Shown here: positions 51,382-61,729 of the stretch, one piece after another
Numbering within the stretch: the first letter of the stretch is position 1
Layout: each line of letters starts with the position of its first letter
DNA from: Candidatus Zixiibacteriota bacterium
GTDB lineage: Bacteria > Zixibacteria > MSB-5A5 > UBA10806 > 4484-95
Direction of reading: 5' to 3'
Length of the DNA: 64,000 nt
Assembly: GCA_037441845.1 (NCBI GenBank)
Contig: JBBIRK010000001.1
Location: 305,284 to 369,283, forward strand
Notes under the pieces: generated by a model
What the model was told of the DNA's origin: nothing
Database searches by the model: none
Seen by the model: the letters and a program-made list of their open reading frames with translations, nothing else
Position numbers and translations under genes: made by a program

Positions 51382-54300
51382 ATGTCCGGCAGATTCCTGA
51401 TCGTAATAATAATAAGCTGCATAGCCATCTGGATAACTTCAGCTCAGGCCGCTACATATTATGTCAAGCCCGATGGCAACGACAACGCCAACGGATTGAC
51501 CTGGGCGAACGCCTGGAGCACGCTCAATAAGGTGAACACATCGGTGGGCAGGGGCGACACGGTATTTTTCGGCACCGGTGTTTGGCGGGGGGAATTAAAA
51601 ATTCAACCCGGATATGTGAATGACCGCACCGTTTATGCCTGTTCCGCATTCGCCTTGACCAATGGCAGCGGTCAATACCATTTCGCCAAGATATATGGCA
51701 GCCAACGCATAACCAATTGGATCCAGCACTCGGGAAACATCTACAAGGCTCGCTACACCGCCTGCGACGGCGGTTTGCTGTGCCAGGGAGACTCGTTGTT
51801 CTGGCTTGAAAGCGGAATATCTTCGCTTACCCAACCCGGGCGTTTTTACGTCACCGGTGATACCATATATGCCTATGTCTATAATATCGGAAATCAAGGT
51901 TACGATCCGGACAATTATACTATGGAAGCTGCGGCGGCGCCGATAATCTGGGTCTGGTCGGGTCATGGGCATTCCGAGGGCGCCGATTATGTTACGCTGT
52001 GGGGCCTGGAGCTCAAATACGCGGCGGTACAGATCATCAGGCTGGAGGATCCTCTGCCAACCCATTTCTATGTGGATCATTGCAAATTATCCCACATCGC
52101 CTCGCTCGATTTTCTTCCGAACAACCCGGCCTGTATCTACAGCGCCAATCAGGACCCGTATTACTCATCTTACTGCCGCGCGTTGGCTTGCTCCATCGGC
52201 TATTCGATCTGCCACGGCGGATCCGACCACGGCACCGGCATAACTCTGTATTGCGCCCAAAACTTCACCGTCGATTCGTGCACGTTTTTCGGCTACTTCT
52301 CGGCGAATTGCATAAATTTCAAACGTTCCGTGAAATATTCCGTCGTTAAAAATTCGCTTTTCAATCCCGCCAATGCGCAGGTGGCGGTGGAATTCAAGGC
52401 GGACGCTCAATACGACAGCGCTTATTTTAATGTGGCTATGGGGAATATAAACAACGGATTTATCGGCTATTCCGATTTTCCGACGATTTATCCCAACAGC
52501 AACTTTCTTTACTGTCTGTTCAATACCATCATCGGAGACGTCCCTTTGATAGGCACATACACCGCTGGCTGCAGCGGGCACAAAGCCTATGACACTTTCA
52601 CAAAATACAACGTTTATTATTTAAGCAGCGTCGGTTCATATTCGCACAGGTTGCTGGAATGCGAATCCGATCCCATTTATAGGGTTACTATCGATTCCAA
52701 TTTGTATTGCATGGTCGATTCCACGAGGTTCTATATCGGAACGAGTCGATACAACCTGACTGCTTGGCGGAACAATTTCCATTACGATACCCGAACCACG
52801 TTCGTCAATTCTTTGGCCGCAATCAACTTCGTTAATTACCCTTATGATCTGCACCGAAACGTAAGCGTTCCCGAGGTCTCGGGCATCACCATCGGCGGCG
52901 TTCAATGCACCCGCTACGGCGCGTTCCAGGGTCCCGTGGCGCCCGATTCTACCCCGCCGGTGATCAGCTCGGTATCGGCCACCAATGTCAATTTCAACGG
53001 TGCGACGATCATCTGGGGCACCAACGAGCCGGCAAACTCCACCGTGAATTACGGCTTGACCACAGTCTACGGCCAATCCGCCGGCGATGCAGCTTATGTT
53101 TACGCCCACCAAATAACTTTGAGCGGCCTGCTGCCGGATACGGTTTATCATTTTCGGGTTAGGTCCAGGGATGGCGCCGGCAATGAATCGGTCAGCGGCG
53201 ATTACAGTTTCAGAACCGACACCGTCACCACATACCAGAATCTTGCTCTCGGGATAACTCCGACGGTAAGCAGCACCTACAGCGGCTACACGATCGGCCC
53301 GATAAACAACGGCGTAATCGCACCCCGGGGCGGCACCGCCACTACCTGGGCTTCGACGTCGAACCTGACCATCCCCCACTGGGTGGAATTCGATTTCGGA
53401 TCGCCCCGCCAATTATCGAGCGTGACGATCTATTGGGCTTGGAATTCGACCTCCTCGAGCTGGATGTGTTCCCGACAATATCATTTGCAGTATTGGAACA
53501 GCTCTACCTCGACTTTCGAAAATATAACCACGGTGAACAATGCGGTTGCCGAATCGGTGACCACGACCACATTCCTACCGCGGGTCACCACTCGATTCAG
53601 ATATTATCAGCCGGCGGGAATGGGCCCGGCGACCTACCCCTCGGTGGTCTGGCTGACCGAACTGGAAATATACGGCAACGCCGCTCCGCAGGATACGATT
53701 CCGCCGGCGCCGGTGCGCAATTTCGAGGCCAGGCCGGGGGGCGACCGCGGCTCGATCGACCTGTTCTGGGAGGCTCCGGGCGGCGATGACACGGTCGGCC
53801 AGGCGGCCGCCTACATGGTAAGATATATGCCCGATACCGGCCAGGTATTCGACTGGGAACAGGCGACCGAAACCTCCGATGCCCCGCCGTTGCCTGAGAT
53901 TTTCGGAACCCCGCAATCGTTTACGATAAGCGGTCTTGATGAGGGGAAGATCTACCAAGTGGCGATCCGCGCGATAGATGATTTGGGCAATATCTCGCCG
54001 TTGAGCGAAATAGCAGACACTTTCGCCTGCGGTATCGCCGCCCCTTCTCCGGTTCAGACCCAGGTCGATTCCGTCACCCAATCCGTTTACGTTACCGCCA
54101 GCCGGGTCGAATCGTATCTTTCCCTTTACTATGAATTCGCGCTCGACTCGCTGGCCGGATTTCCCGCCCCCGAACTAAGGCAGGATTTCGCGGCGGATTC
54201 GCTTCCCACAGCCGCCTATACGGGGTTGTCGCCCGGAAGGGTCTATTTCTGGCGTTGCCGCGCCAGATCGAACCAAACCGACGATTACAGCTCATGGTCG

Positions 54301-54894
54301 CAGACCGTGGGCTTCTCGCTTGATCAGGGCCCGATAACTCCGCCTCTCTTGACTCAAGGCAACTGCCTATACCCGAGTGCGGGCGAAATTGTGGTCTCTC
54401 CGAGGCCGACTTTTTCGGTAAATTATCCGGGCGATGTGTTCGAGATTTATATTCAGGTTGACGACGAGGATGCTTTCGCTCAGCCGATAGAATCTGGCTC
54501 TTTGGTCGTCTCCGATTCTCAGATAATCCGCTGGCGAGTGCCGGAAAACCTGCAGGATCAGCAGACCTACTATTGGAGGGTGAGTTCCGATAATATAAAT
54601 TGGTCTTCCCCGGTGCAGTTCGTGACGGGGTTCGCGGTGCATGCTTACCCCAATCCATTCAGACCGTCTTCAGGTCATGCGGGAATCGTATTCACCGCAT
54701 TGCCGGAAAACGCCGGAATCACGATCACCACGATCTCCGGCGATCCGATCAAGACGGCATCGCCCATAGGACCCGGCGAATGGGTCTGGAATGTCAAAGA
54801 TAATCATAATGAAGATATCGCCGCCGGAGTTTACTTGTATTCGATAGATTTCTCCGGTGGATCAGCCAGCGGAAAACTGGTCATTATCAAGTAG
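51382..54894 (+). CDS. Large secreted multidomain protein: beta-helix (pectate-lyase-like), FN3, discoidin-like, FN3, T9SS-type C-terminal domain
   Basis: Signal peptide; TYYVKPDGNDNANG; DSTPPVIS...W.TNEPANSTVNYG; HWVEFDFG; DTIPPAPV; AYPNPF...AAGVYLY...GKLVIIK. Confidence 0.85.
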   Translation: MSGRFLIVIIISCIAIWITSAQAATYYVKPDGNDNANGLTWANAWSTLNKVNTSVGRGDTVFFGTGVWRGELKIQPGYVNDRTVYACSAFALTNGSGQYHFAKIYGSQRITNWIQHSGNIYKARYTACDGGLLCQGDSLFWLESGISSLTQPGRFYVTGDTIYAYVYNIGNQGYDPDNYTMEAAAAPIIWVWSGHGHSEGADYVTLWGLELKYAAVQIIRLEDPLPTHFYVDHCKLSHIASLDFLPNNPACIYSANQDPYYSSYCRALACSIGYSICHGGSDHGTGITLYCAQNFTVDSCTFFGYFSANCINFKRSVKYSVVKNSLFNPANAQVAVEFKADAQYDSAYFNVAMGNINNGFIGYSDFPTIYPNSNFLYCLFNTIIGDVPLIGTYTAGCSGHKAYDTFTKYNVYYLSSVGSYSHRLLECESDPIYRVTIDSNLYCMVDSTRFYIGTSRYNLTAWRNNFHYDTRTTFVNSLAAINFVNYPYDLHRNVSVPEVSGITIGGVQCTRYGAFQGPVAPDSTPPVISSVSATNVNFNGATIIWGTNEPANSTVNYGLTTVYGQSAGDAAYVYAHQITLSGLLPDTVYHFRVRSRDGAGNESVSGDYSFRTDTVTTYQNLALGITPTVSSTYSGYTIGPINNGVIAPRGGTATTWASTSNLTIPHWVEFDFGSPRQLSSVTIYWAWNSTSSSWMCSRQYHLQYWNSSTSTFENITTVNNAVAESVTTTTFLPRVTTRFRYYQPAGMGPATYPSVVWLTELEIYGNAAPQDTIPPAPVRNFEARPGGDRGSIDLFWEAPGGDDTVGQAAAYMVRYMPDTGQVFDWEQATETSDAPPLPEIFGTPQSFTISGLDEGKIYQVAIRAIDDLGNISPLSEIADTFACGIAAPSPVQTQVDSVTQSVYVTASRVESYLSLYYEFALDSLAGFPAPELRQDFAADSLPTAAYTGLSPGRVYFWRCRARSNQTDDYSSWSQTVGFSLDQGPITPPLLTQGNCLYPSAGEIVVSPRPTFSVNYPGDVFEIYIQVDDEDAFAQPIESGSLVVSDSQIIRWRVPENLQDQQTYYWRVSSDNINWSSPVQFVTGFAVHAYPNPFRPSSGHAGIVFTALPENAGITITTISGDPIKTASPIGPGEWVWNVKDNHNEDIAAGVYLYSIDFSGGSASGKLVIIK

Positions 54895-54999
54895 TCTGTC
54901 TTTTTTCCTCAGGAAGTAAAATTACATAGAATCGTGTGCGGAACATCGGGCGAAAATAATGGCTTGAAAAAGCGGCCCGCATTCCGATACAATAAATAT

Positions 55000-56541
55000 A
55001 TGACAAAAGGCATCTTTGCGGCCGTTTTCGGGGCTCTCCTGTTTTTTGCCTGCGATGGCAATAAGCCATCGGCGCCGACACCGCGACCGATTGCGATAAC
55101 CTCACCGGCGAATAACGCCGTCGTTTCCGATACGGTTTTGATATCGGCCAGCCCGGGCGTTGGTTACGTGTTCGACAGTGTGCTTTTCTACATTGACAGC
55201 GACCTGGTTTACATCGATACGCTTCCGCCGTATACCCACTTGTGGGATGTATCCGTATATCGCGACAGCAGCTATCACTGGCTGAAAGTTTCTGCTTTCG
55301 GCTCTATCGACGCCGCAGACAGCGTCCGAGTCAGGGTAACTATACCCGGGGGAGCGATAAGGATCATATTCCCGGCGCCCGGGGCGATCTTGAGTGATAC
55401 GGTAAGGATCAAAGCGCGGCAGGCTGCGGCATATTCGTTCGACAGTGTTCTATTCAAGATAAACGATGTCACAGCCGGAAGAGATTCAACCGCTGAAACC
55501 GATTCTTCCACTGGTGTGCCATTGATGGTATTTGCTTTTCTTCTGAATGTGAGCGGCTATCAGGATAATTCGACACTTTCGCTAAAAGTGGAGGCATTCG
55601 AAAACGGCCTTGTTTACGTCTCGGGAATTATTCCGGCTTATGTGATGTTCGATACCGTTCGCGGGCAATTCGACTTCATTTCGACCTTTGCCTTGTCGGC
55701 GCCTTCGCAGAGGGTGGCCACGGAGGGAGGCCATCTTTGTGCGGCTATAGGCAGCAGCGGCATAATAGGAATCGATATCACCTCGCCCTCGTCGCCCCAT
55801 ACCGGTTTCCTGCGCAACACCAATGGATTCGCCTACGGTGTCGATATCGCATCTTCGTATCTGGCTGTCGCCGACGGCGATCAAGGTGTCGAAAGGCTGA
55901 AAATCACAGCCGCCGATTCATTGCAACCGGCCGGATATTTCAACAGCGCCGGAATCAGCAGAAACGCAAAAATATCGGGCGATCTGATTTTCGTCGCCGA
56001 CCAGGATGCTTTACAAATAGTCCGCATCAGCGGCGATTCCCTGATAGCGGAGGCGCGGGTCTTGATATCGGGAGGATTGGTGATCGATGTCGATGCGATC
56101 GGCAGTATCGCTTTCGTGGCCGACTATTCCGGAATCACGGCAATCGATGCTTCGACACCCGCTTCGCCCGTGGTGCGCTCGCGTTATACGGCGATCGACG
56201 GTCAGGGTAGATCGGTTGCGGCAATCGATACGTTCGTGTTTTTGGGCACCACCGCGGAGATTTTGAAATTGTCCTGCGCCGATCTTGATTCGCTGAAATT
56301 CGTTTCGCGCCTGGCATATACGTCGGGGATCACCGGCGTATTCGCCGCCGACTCGATTCTGTTCGCGTCGATCGGAGGCACGACCGGCGGAGCGGCGGCG
56401 ATCAGATACAGAAATCAGGCGGCAATGATACAACTGCATCAGTACATCAACAACGATAACTGCCGCGACATATGCACCGGTGGTCCGTTCGTTTACCTCG
56501 CCGGGCAGACGAAAATAGATATTTTACGATTCGTCCCCTGA
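55000..56541 (+). CDS. Lipoprotein with two Ig-like domains and an LVIVD-repeat propeller
   Basis: MTKG...LLFFA-C lipobox; ITSPANNAVVS..V.FYID and IIFPAPGAILS..V.FKIN; LAVADG, IFVADQ, AFVADY repeats. Confidence 0.82.
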   Translation: MTKGIFAAVFGALLFFACDGNKPSAPTPRPIAITSPANNAVVSDTVLISASPGVGYVFDSVLFYIDSDLVYIDTLPPYTHLWDVSVYRDSSYHWLKVSAFGSIDAADSVRVRVTIPGGAIRIIFPAPGAILSDTVRIKARQAAAYSFDSVLFKINDVTAGRDSTAETDSSTGVPLMVFAFLLNVSGYQDNSTLSLKVEAFENGLVYVSGIIPAYVMFDTVRGQFDFISTFALSAPSQRVATEGGHLCAAIGSSGIIGIDITSPSSPHTGFLRNTNGFAYGVDIASSYLAVADGDQGVERLKITAADSLQPAGYFNSAGISRNAKISGDLIFVADQDALQIVRISGDSLIAEARVLISGGLVIDVDAIGSIAFVADYSGITAIDASTPASPVVRSRYTAIDGQGRSVAAIDTFVFLGTTAEILKLSCADLDSLKFVSRLAYTSGITGVFAADSILFASIGGTTGGAAAIRYRNQAAMIQLHQYINNDNCRDICTGGPFVYLAGQTKIDILRFVP

Positions 56542-56705
56542 AATCGACACTTAGCCCATCTGAAACATATTGTTGCCGAGCACATTCGCGAAGTCAGATC
56601 TCTTTCAATTACATTCGGCCATAACAAAATAGTTGACCGCGGCATTTCCGAGGACTATACTTCGATGGAATTCGTTTATATAGGTGCATAATTTCGGGAG
56701 GATAA

Positions 56706-57392
56706 ATGGCCATACCGATAGAACTGATCGTCGATCGCCAGATTCGAAGGTGGGAACTGGAAAAGTCGAAACCGGAATCGGCGGCAACAGCCAAGCAGGT
56801 CGAAGGGCCTATAATCACCATCTCCCGACAGCGCGGCTCCAACGGCAGTAAGGTCGCCGAACTGCTGGCCGGGATGACCGGTTTCAATTTAATCAGCCGG
56901 GATATAATCGATCAGATAAGCACCGACATCGGCGTGCAAAAAAGATTGATCGAAACTCTCGATGAAGGGGTTCGCTCGTCGTTCGAGCTTTGGGTTGAGG
57001 GGCTGTTCAAGGGACGAATCGTCGATTCCTCCGATTATATCAAGAGCCTGGCCAGGATAATCGGGGCGATTTCGCAGCATGGCTATTCGATAATCGTCGG
57101 CAGAGGAGCCAATTTCCTGCTGGGAATGCGCCGTGGCTTTCACATTCGAATCGTCGCCGATTACGATTTCCGAGTCAACTCCATTGCCGTAAGGAAGAAG
57201 ATCAGCGAGGCGGAGGCCCGCGCCGATATCGATCGCACCGATGAGCAAAGGCGGAAATTCGTCAAGACGCATTTCGGCGCGGATATCGATGATCCTCACG
57301 CCTACGATATTACGATCAACAGCACCCACTTTCCGCCGGAACAAATAGCGAGAATGATTTTGGGTATATACCCATCGAAAGTTTTGTCATAA
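56706..57392 (+). CDS. Cytidylate kinase-like family protein
   Basis: ITISRQRGSNG, IIVGRGANF, D..R..F, DDPHAYDITINS; GGAGG SD. Confidence 0.88.
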   Translation: MAIPIELIVDRQIRRWELEKSKPESAATAKQVEGPIITISRQRGSNGSKVAELLAGMTGFNLISRDIIDQISTDIGVQKRLIETLDEGVRSSFELWVEGLFKGRIVDSSDYIKSLARIIGAISQHGYSIIVGRGANFLLGMRRGFHIRIVADYDFRVNSIAVRKKISEAEARADIDRTDEQRRKFVKTHFGADIDDPHAYDITINSTHFPPEQIARMILGIYPSKVLS

Positions 57393-57470
57393 TATCAAGG
57401 AAATGCAAGGCAGGCCGTCGGACAACGACGACTGTCGGCGGATACAATTTATTTTTCCTGAAAGGAAATT

Positions 57471-57914
57471 ATGAAAGTAAGTGATATCCTTCGCGCCAAA
57501 GGTTCCGAGGTGGCAACCATAGGCGGCGAACAAACAGTGGCCGAGGCGTTAAAGCTGATCGTCAGACGCAAGGTCGGCTCATTGGTGGTCGTCAACGACG
57601 CCGATTTCCCAGAGGGAATAATAACCGAACGCGATATCGTGAGGTTGGCCGATGAGAAAGCCGAGGGAAATTGGCGGGCGCTCCCGGTCAAACAGGTCAT
57701 GACCAGAAACGTCATCATCGGTCTCCCCGAAGACGATGTCGAATACATCATGAAACTGATGACCGCCAACCGATTCAGACACGTGCCGATCATGAAAGAA
57801 GGCAAGCTGGCCGGGCTGATTTCCATAGGCGATATTATCAAATCGCTTTTATCCGATTTCGAGGCGGCCAACCGATATTTGACGGATTATATCGCCAATA
57901 AATATCCCTGCTGA
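57471..57914 (+). CDS. CBS-domain pair protein
   Basis: VSDILRAKG, VGSLVV, GIITERD, RFRHVPI, GLISIGDI. Confidence 0.92.
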   Translation: MKVSDILRAKGSEVATIGGEQTVAEALKLIVRRKVGSLVVVNDADFPEGIITERDIVRLADEKAEGNWRALPVKQVMTRNVIIGLPEDDVEYIMKLMTANRFRHVPIMKEGKLAGLISIGDIIKSLLSDFEAANRYLTDYIANKYPC

Positions 57915-57996
57915 TTCGAATAAGCCTCGACTGAAACGCGCTGCTTGAGCTAAGCGAGTCCGGTTATCGATTTAGATACGATTCAACAGCGGCCGT

Positions 57997-58025
57997 AAAA
58001 AAACACCCCTCATATAGGAGGGGTG
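57997..58025 (-). terminator. Intrinsic terminator of the cytochrome gene
   Basis: Minus strand CACCCCTC-N6-GAGGGGTG-TTTTTTT. Confidence 0.8.
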
Positions 58026-58052
58026 CAGTCGATCGATATAAAACTGCCACGG

Positions 58053-59285
58053 CTAACGGTGCGATCTTCTCAAATCGGCCGCCAAGTCTTTTATTTCCTG
58101 AAGATCCATTACCATGGCGCTCCAGCCGTACCAAAGTGAATAATCGGGATTGGCGTGGAACGTTCCCTGGAAAGATCGCATCCGATGTTCGAGATGCATT
58201 TCGAACAGCTTCTGCTCGATCCGAGTCGGCGCATCGTGGAAAGTCAACAGATCGGGGAATGAGTGAGCGTAACCGGCTGGTTTGGCCAAGATACCTTCTT
58301 TATAAAGGTCGGCAACAATCCTTATCGCCTCGGCCAGAAGATGATCGGCTTCGCGGATCATATCATCGCCCTTTTTAAGCTCGGCCCGTGCGAAATTTTC
58401 GGAATGGCATTCTCCACATATCTGGATCATTTTGTTACGCTCGGCATCGAATGATTCCTGGGTCAGTCGGGCTACATCGGCGGCTTTGACGACGTCAAGT
58501 CGTCCTGTTGGTTGTCCCGCCGGATCGAGAACGCCCAGGGCCTGAAGAATGGTGATCTGATCGGCTTTCCATTGCGGATCCTCGGGCAGCGGCAGGCGAA
58601 CCGCCAGAAATCCCCAAGCGGTCCTCACTTCGTGATTTCCGCCTGGCATATGGCACTTTTGACAGGTGGGGGCCGGAGTCGATTCCGGCAAAACGCCGCT
58701 TTGTTTCAGCAGATGGCGTACACCGTGCTTTGATGATGAATACATTTCCCATTGTGGATGGTCAAAACCCATATGGCAGGTTTGACAGGACTGTGGCTGG
58801 CGCGCCTCGGTTAACGAGAACGTGTGCCGCGTATGGCAGGCATCGCAGGAGGCATTGCCGAACGTGGAGCCGTCGCTCTTGAGCTGCTTGATTTCCGCCT
58901 CTGATTTCAATCCGATCTTATGACAACCGCCGCACCCTTTCATTCCCTCGATCAGGGCCATTGGATGGTTATGGGTGGTGGGCATCGCGTTCATCGCCGC
59001 CCAGGCAAATGAATGCTTGCCTTTGCTGAACTGAGCCAGCTGCTGATCATGGCAATTGCCGCAGGTCTGCGCCGTAGGCAGGCTCACCTCGGCCACGTCT
59101 GCCGCATTGTCATGACCGGTGCCATGACAGGCCGAGCAAGTGACTTCGGCGGCGAAATGCTTGCTCAGTTTCCAATCGGCAACGATATCGGGCGTCACCG
59201 ATGTGTGGCAGTCAACACAGATTTCAGCCGGCGCCGGAGCAATCAATAAGAATAAAAAAACCGGCACAATAACTTTAGCTCTCAA
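58053..59285 (-). CDS. Periplasmic octaheme c-type cytochrome, hydroxylamine oxidoreductase (HAO) family
   Basis: Signal peptide; eight CxxCH motifs (CVDCH, CSACH, CGNCH, CGGCH, CDACH, CQTCH, CQKCH, CGECH); CHTRHTFS, CHMGFDHPQWEMY, HANPDY; TTG start after GGAGGT. Confidence 0.9.
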   Translation of the reverse strand: MRAKVIVPVFLFLLIAPAPAEICVDCHTSVTPDIVADWKLSKHFAAEVTCSACHGTGHDNAADVAEVSLPTAQTCGNCHDQQLAQFSKGKHSFAWAAMNAMPTTHNHPMALIEGMKGCGGCHKIGLKSEAEIKQLKSDGSTFGNASCDACHTRHTFSLTEARQPQSCQTCHMGFDHPQWEMYSSSKHGVRHLLKQSGVLPESTPAPTCQKCHMPGGNHEVRTAWGFLAVRLPLPEDPQWKADQITILQALGVLDPAGQPTGRLDVVKAADVARLTQESFDAERNKMIQICGECHSENFARAELKKGDDMIREADHLLAEAIRIVADLYKEGILAKPAGYAHSFPDLLTFHDAPTRIEQKLFEMHLEHRMRSFQGTFHANPDYSLWYGWSAMVMDLQEIKDLAADLRRSHR

Positions 59286-59325
59286 TTCATCGACCTCCCA
59301 GGTTCGTTGTTATACTCTTGAATGA

Positions 59326-59354
59326 ATTATACCATCTTATGTAATTTCAATCAA
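59326..59354 (-). promoter_or_regulatory. sigma70 promoter of the octaheme cytochrome gene
   Basis: Minus strand TTGATT-N17-TATAAT. Confidence 0.7.
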
Positions 59355-59426
59355 GCGGACATCATTGAATATGTAACGGACATGACGATAAATCGCGTGA
59401 AAATACCGATTTCGGCTGCCGTCGAA

Positions 59427-60077
59427 TCAGCCCCTGATTTTTTCTATGTCGTCCTCTTTGCCGAGAACCACGAGGATATCCGAGTCTTTTATTTTGAAAT
59501 CCCCGCCGGGGATGAATTTGAAACTGCCTGACAAGACATCTTTGACAGCGATAACTTCGACATGATAGCGCGCCCGCAATTGTAATTCAGCGAGCGTCTT
59601 GCCCATGAAATTATCGGGCGGAGCCAGTTCGGCGATCGAAAATTTCTCGGAAAGCGGCAGAAAATCGAGAAGGTTCGGCTGAACCAGCGATCTCGCCAGT
59701 TTGATCGCCATCTCCTCCTCGGGGATCAAAGTCTCGTGCGCTCCCACCGCAAGCAAAATTTTCGAATGATCCAACGAATTGGCCTTGACTATAATCCTCT
59801 GCGCGCCCAATTCCTTAAGGTGAAGAGTGATTAAAATCGAGGCGTGCTCGTTATCGCCGGTGGAAACGATGATGGCCGTAAACTTATCGACCTCCATATT
59901 CTGCAGGAATCGTCTGTCGGTGGCGTCCGCAACGATGGCTTGATTGCAGTGCTCCTGCACCTCCTGCACTTTCGCTTTGTCGGCGTCGATAGCGGTGATT
60001 TTGATCCCTTCCTCGAACAACTTCTTCACCACCATCGCTCCGAAATTTCCCAATCCGATTACCGCGAATTCGAGCAT
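59427..60077 (-). CDS. ktrA: KtrA/TrkA potassium uptake regulatory subunit
   Basis: FAVIGLGNFG, GA..PEEEMA, GKTLAELQLR RCK-C region. Confidence 0.92.
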   Translation of the reverse strand: MLEFAVIGLGNFGAMVVKKLFEEGIKITAIDADKAKVQEVQEHCNQAIVADATDRRFLQNMEVDKFTAIIVSTGDNEHASILITLHLKELGAQRIIVKANSLDHSKILLAVGAHETLIPEEEMAIKLARSLVQPNLLDFLPLSEKFSIAELAPPDNFMGKTLAELQLRARYHVEVIAVKDVLSGSFKFIPGGDFKIKDSDILVVLGKEDDIEKIRG

Positions 60078-60086
60078 TCTTTACCT

Positions 60087-61433
60087 CTATCCGATCATGA
60101 CCGGTTCGTCCGAATAGGTCACTTCGCCCCTAAAAGGCGAACGCGCTATTCCATAGGCAAGTGTCAACAAGCCCACCCGACCGATAAACATACACAGCAT
60201 TATAACTATTTTGCTGATTCCTGACAACTCCGGAGTAATTCCCAAAGACAATCCCACGGTGCCGAACGCCGAGACCACCTCGAACAGGCACTCCATCATC
60301 CAGCCGCCGCTTTCGGCATGCGAGATACTTGAGCTTTCGACAATCACGAGAATCATCGTCGCCAGAACGATGACAATAACCGCCAGCATAAATAGAGAGA
60401 TTGCTTTGATGATCGAGTCCGTGTTGAACGAACGTCGAAACGCGTTGACCGACGATTTGCCCTGCAACCGGCTATAAATCAGAAGCAAAATAACCGCCAT
60501 GCTGGTGATCTTTATGCCGCCGCCGGTCGAGCCCGGGCAAACGCCGATGAACATGAGTATAGTCGTGAATAACAAGCTCGATTCGGAGAAATTCGGCTGG
60601 GGAATCGTATTGAATCCGGCCGTCCTCGGCGTCACCGATTGGAAGAAGGCATTGGCGATCTTCTCCAACAATCCCATTCCGGCAAACGCTCCTCGCGATT
60701 CGGAAAACAAATAAAACAAAGTTCCTATCGACAGCAGAATCGCCGTACCGAGCAAACATAATTTGGTATGAAGAGTCAGCGATCTGCGGCGGTATTTCAG
60801 AAATTTGGCCGTTATTTCCCGCAACAGCGCGAATCCCATCCCACCGACTATTATCGTCACCGTCATGATTACGATCACCGGAATGTCCGTCCGATATCTT
60901 TCCAGACTATCGGGAAAAATCGAAAAACCCGCGTTGCAAAACGCCGACACGGAGTGGAAAATTGAGGCATAAATCGCCTTATCAACGGGCATGTCGTCTG
61001 CAAACTGCAAAAACAAAAGCGCGGCGCCGATCAGCTCGATCGACAAGGTTATGGTGATTACCGCCCGCAATAACGATTTCAGCATCAGGCGGCCGGTGCT
61101 GAATGCTTGTCCTAAACCGAGTCTGTCGTTCAAGGGAATTTGGGATCCGAGCGACCAGAATAGTCCCGTCGCCAAGGTCATGATACCGAGACCGCCGATC
61201 TGGATCATTATCAAAATTATTATCTGACCCAACAAGCTTAAATCGGTGGCTGTGTTTACCACCGTCAATCCGGTGACACAGATGGCCGAGGTTGAAGTGA
61301 AAAGCGCGTTAATCAGCCCGATCGACCCATTGTTGCCGCAAATGGGCAAAGATAGGATGATCCCGCCGATAAAAATAGCGGCGGCAAAATAGATTACTAT
61401 CTTGCGGCCGGGATTGGGCCCAAAAATTTCCAT
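60087..61433 (-). CDS. ktrB: KtrB/TrkH potassium uptake membrane subunit
   Basis: SAICVTGL, SAFCNAGF, RTAGF, PGSTGGGIK, SAFGTVGLS, MFIGRVG. Confidence 0.94.
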   Translation of the reverse strand: MEIFGPNPGRKIVIYFAAAIFIGGIILSLPICGNNGSIGLINALFTSTSAICVTGLTVVNTATDLSLLGQIIILIMIQIGGLGIMTLATGLFWSLGSQIPLNDRLGLGQAFSTGRLMLKSLLRAVITITLSIELIGAALLFLQFADDMPVDKAIYASIFHSVSAFCNAGFSIFPDSLERYRTDIPVIVIMTVTIIVGGMGFALLREITAKFLKYRRRSLTLHTKLCLLGTAILLSIGTLFYLFSESRGAFAGMGLLEKIANAFFQSVTPRTAGFNTIPQPNFSESSLLFTTILMFIGVCPGSTGGGIKITSMAVILLLIYSRLQGKSSVNAFRRSFNTDSIIKAISLFMLAVIVIVLATMILVIVESSSISHAESGGWMMECLFEVVSAFGTVGLSLGITPELSGISKIVIMLCMFIGRVGLLTLAYGIARSPFRGEVTYSDEPVMIG

Positions 61434-61729
61434 GCTTAAATATATATATCGGGAAATAAATCAAGGATTAAACTTCGACTTATACGCGAGGATTCACCCA
61501 GCAAGACCGCCGATTGATTTTCCTTGACAAAATTCGATTTATTCGGAACCTGCCGACGGCTTCACATTTCGCTTTTATTGTCAATAATATGATTTGCGGC
61601 AGTGTGACCTCACGGGCAAGATGAAAAAGCCCCGGTGATCCGGCCAAGGACCATATCGATAGATCCGGCTGCATCCGGATTTATCGATAAAAAACCCTAT
61701 TTCATCCGTTCCTTTCGAGTCGTAGCCCG

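Noticed and set aside
57903..57923. CBS protein ends ...YPC-TGA-TTC-GAA-TAA, a possible C-terminal Cys-Sec
   Set aside because: The domain is already complete, only two codons follow, and no strong hairpin follows the TGA.
61434..61729. c-di-AMP (ydaO) riboswitch upstream of ktrB
   Set aside because: The conserved ydaO sequence blocks could not be identified by eye; an Rfam scan would settle it.
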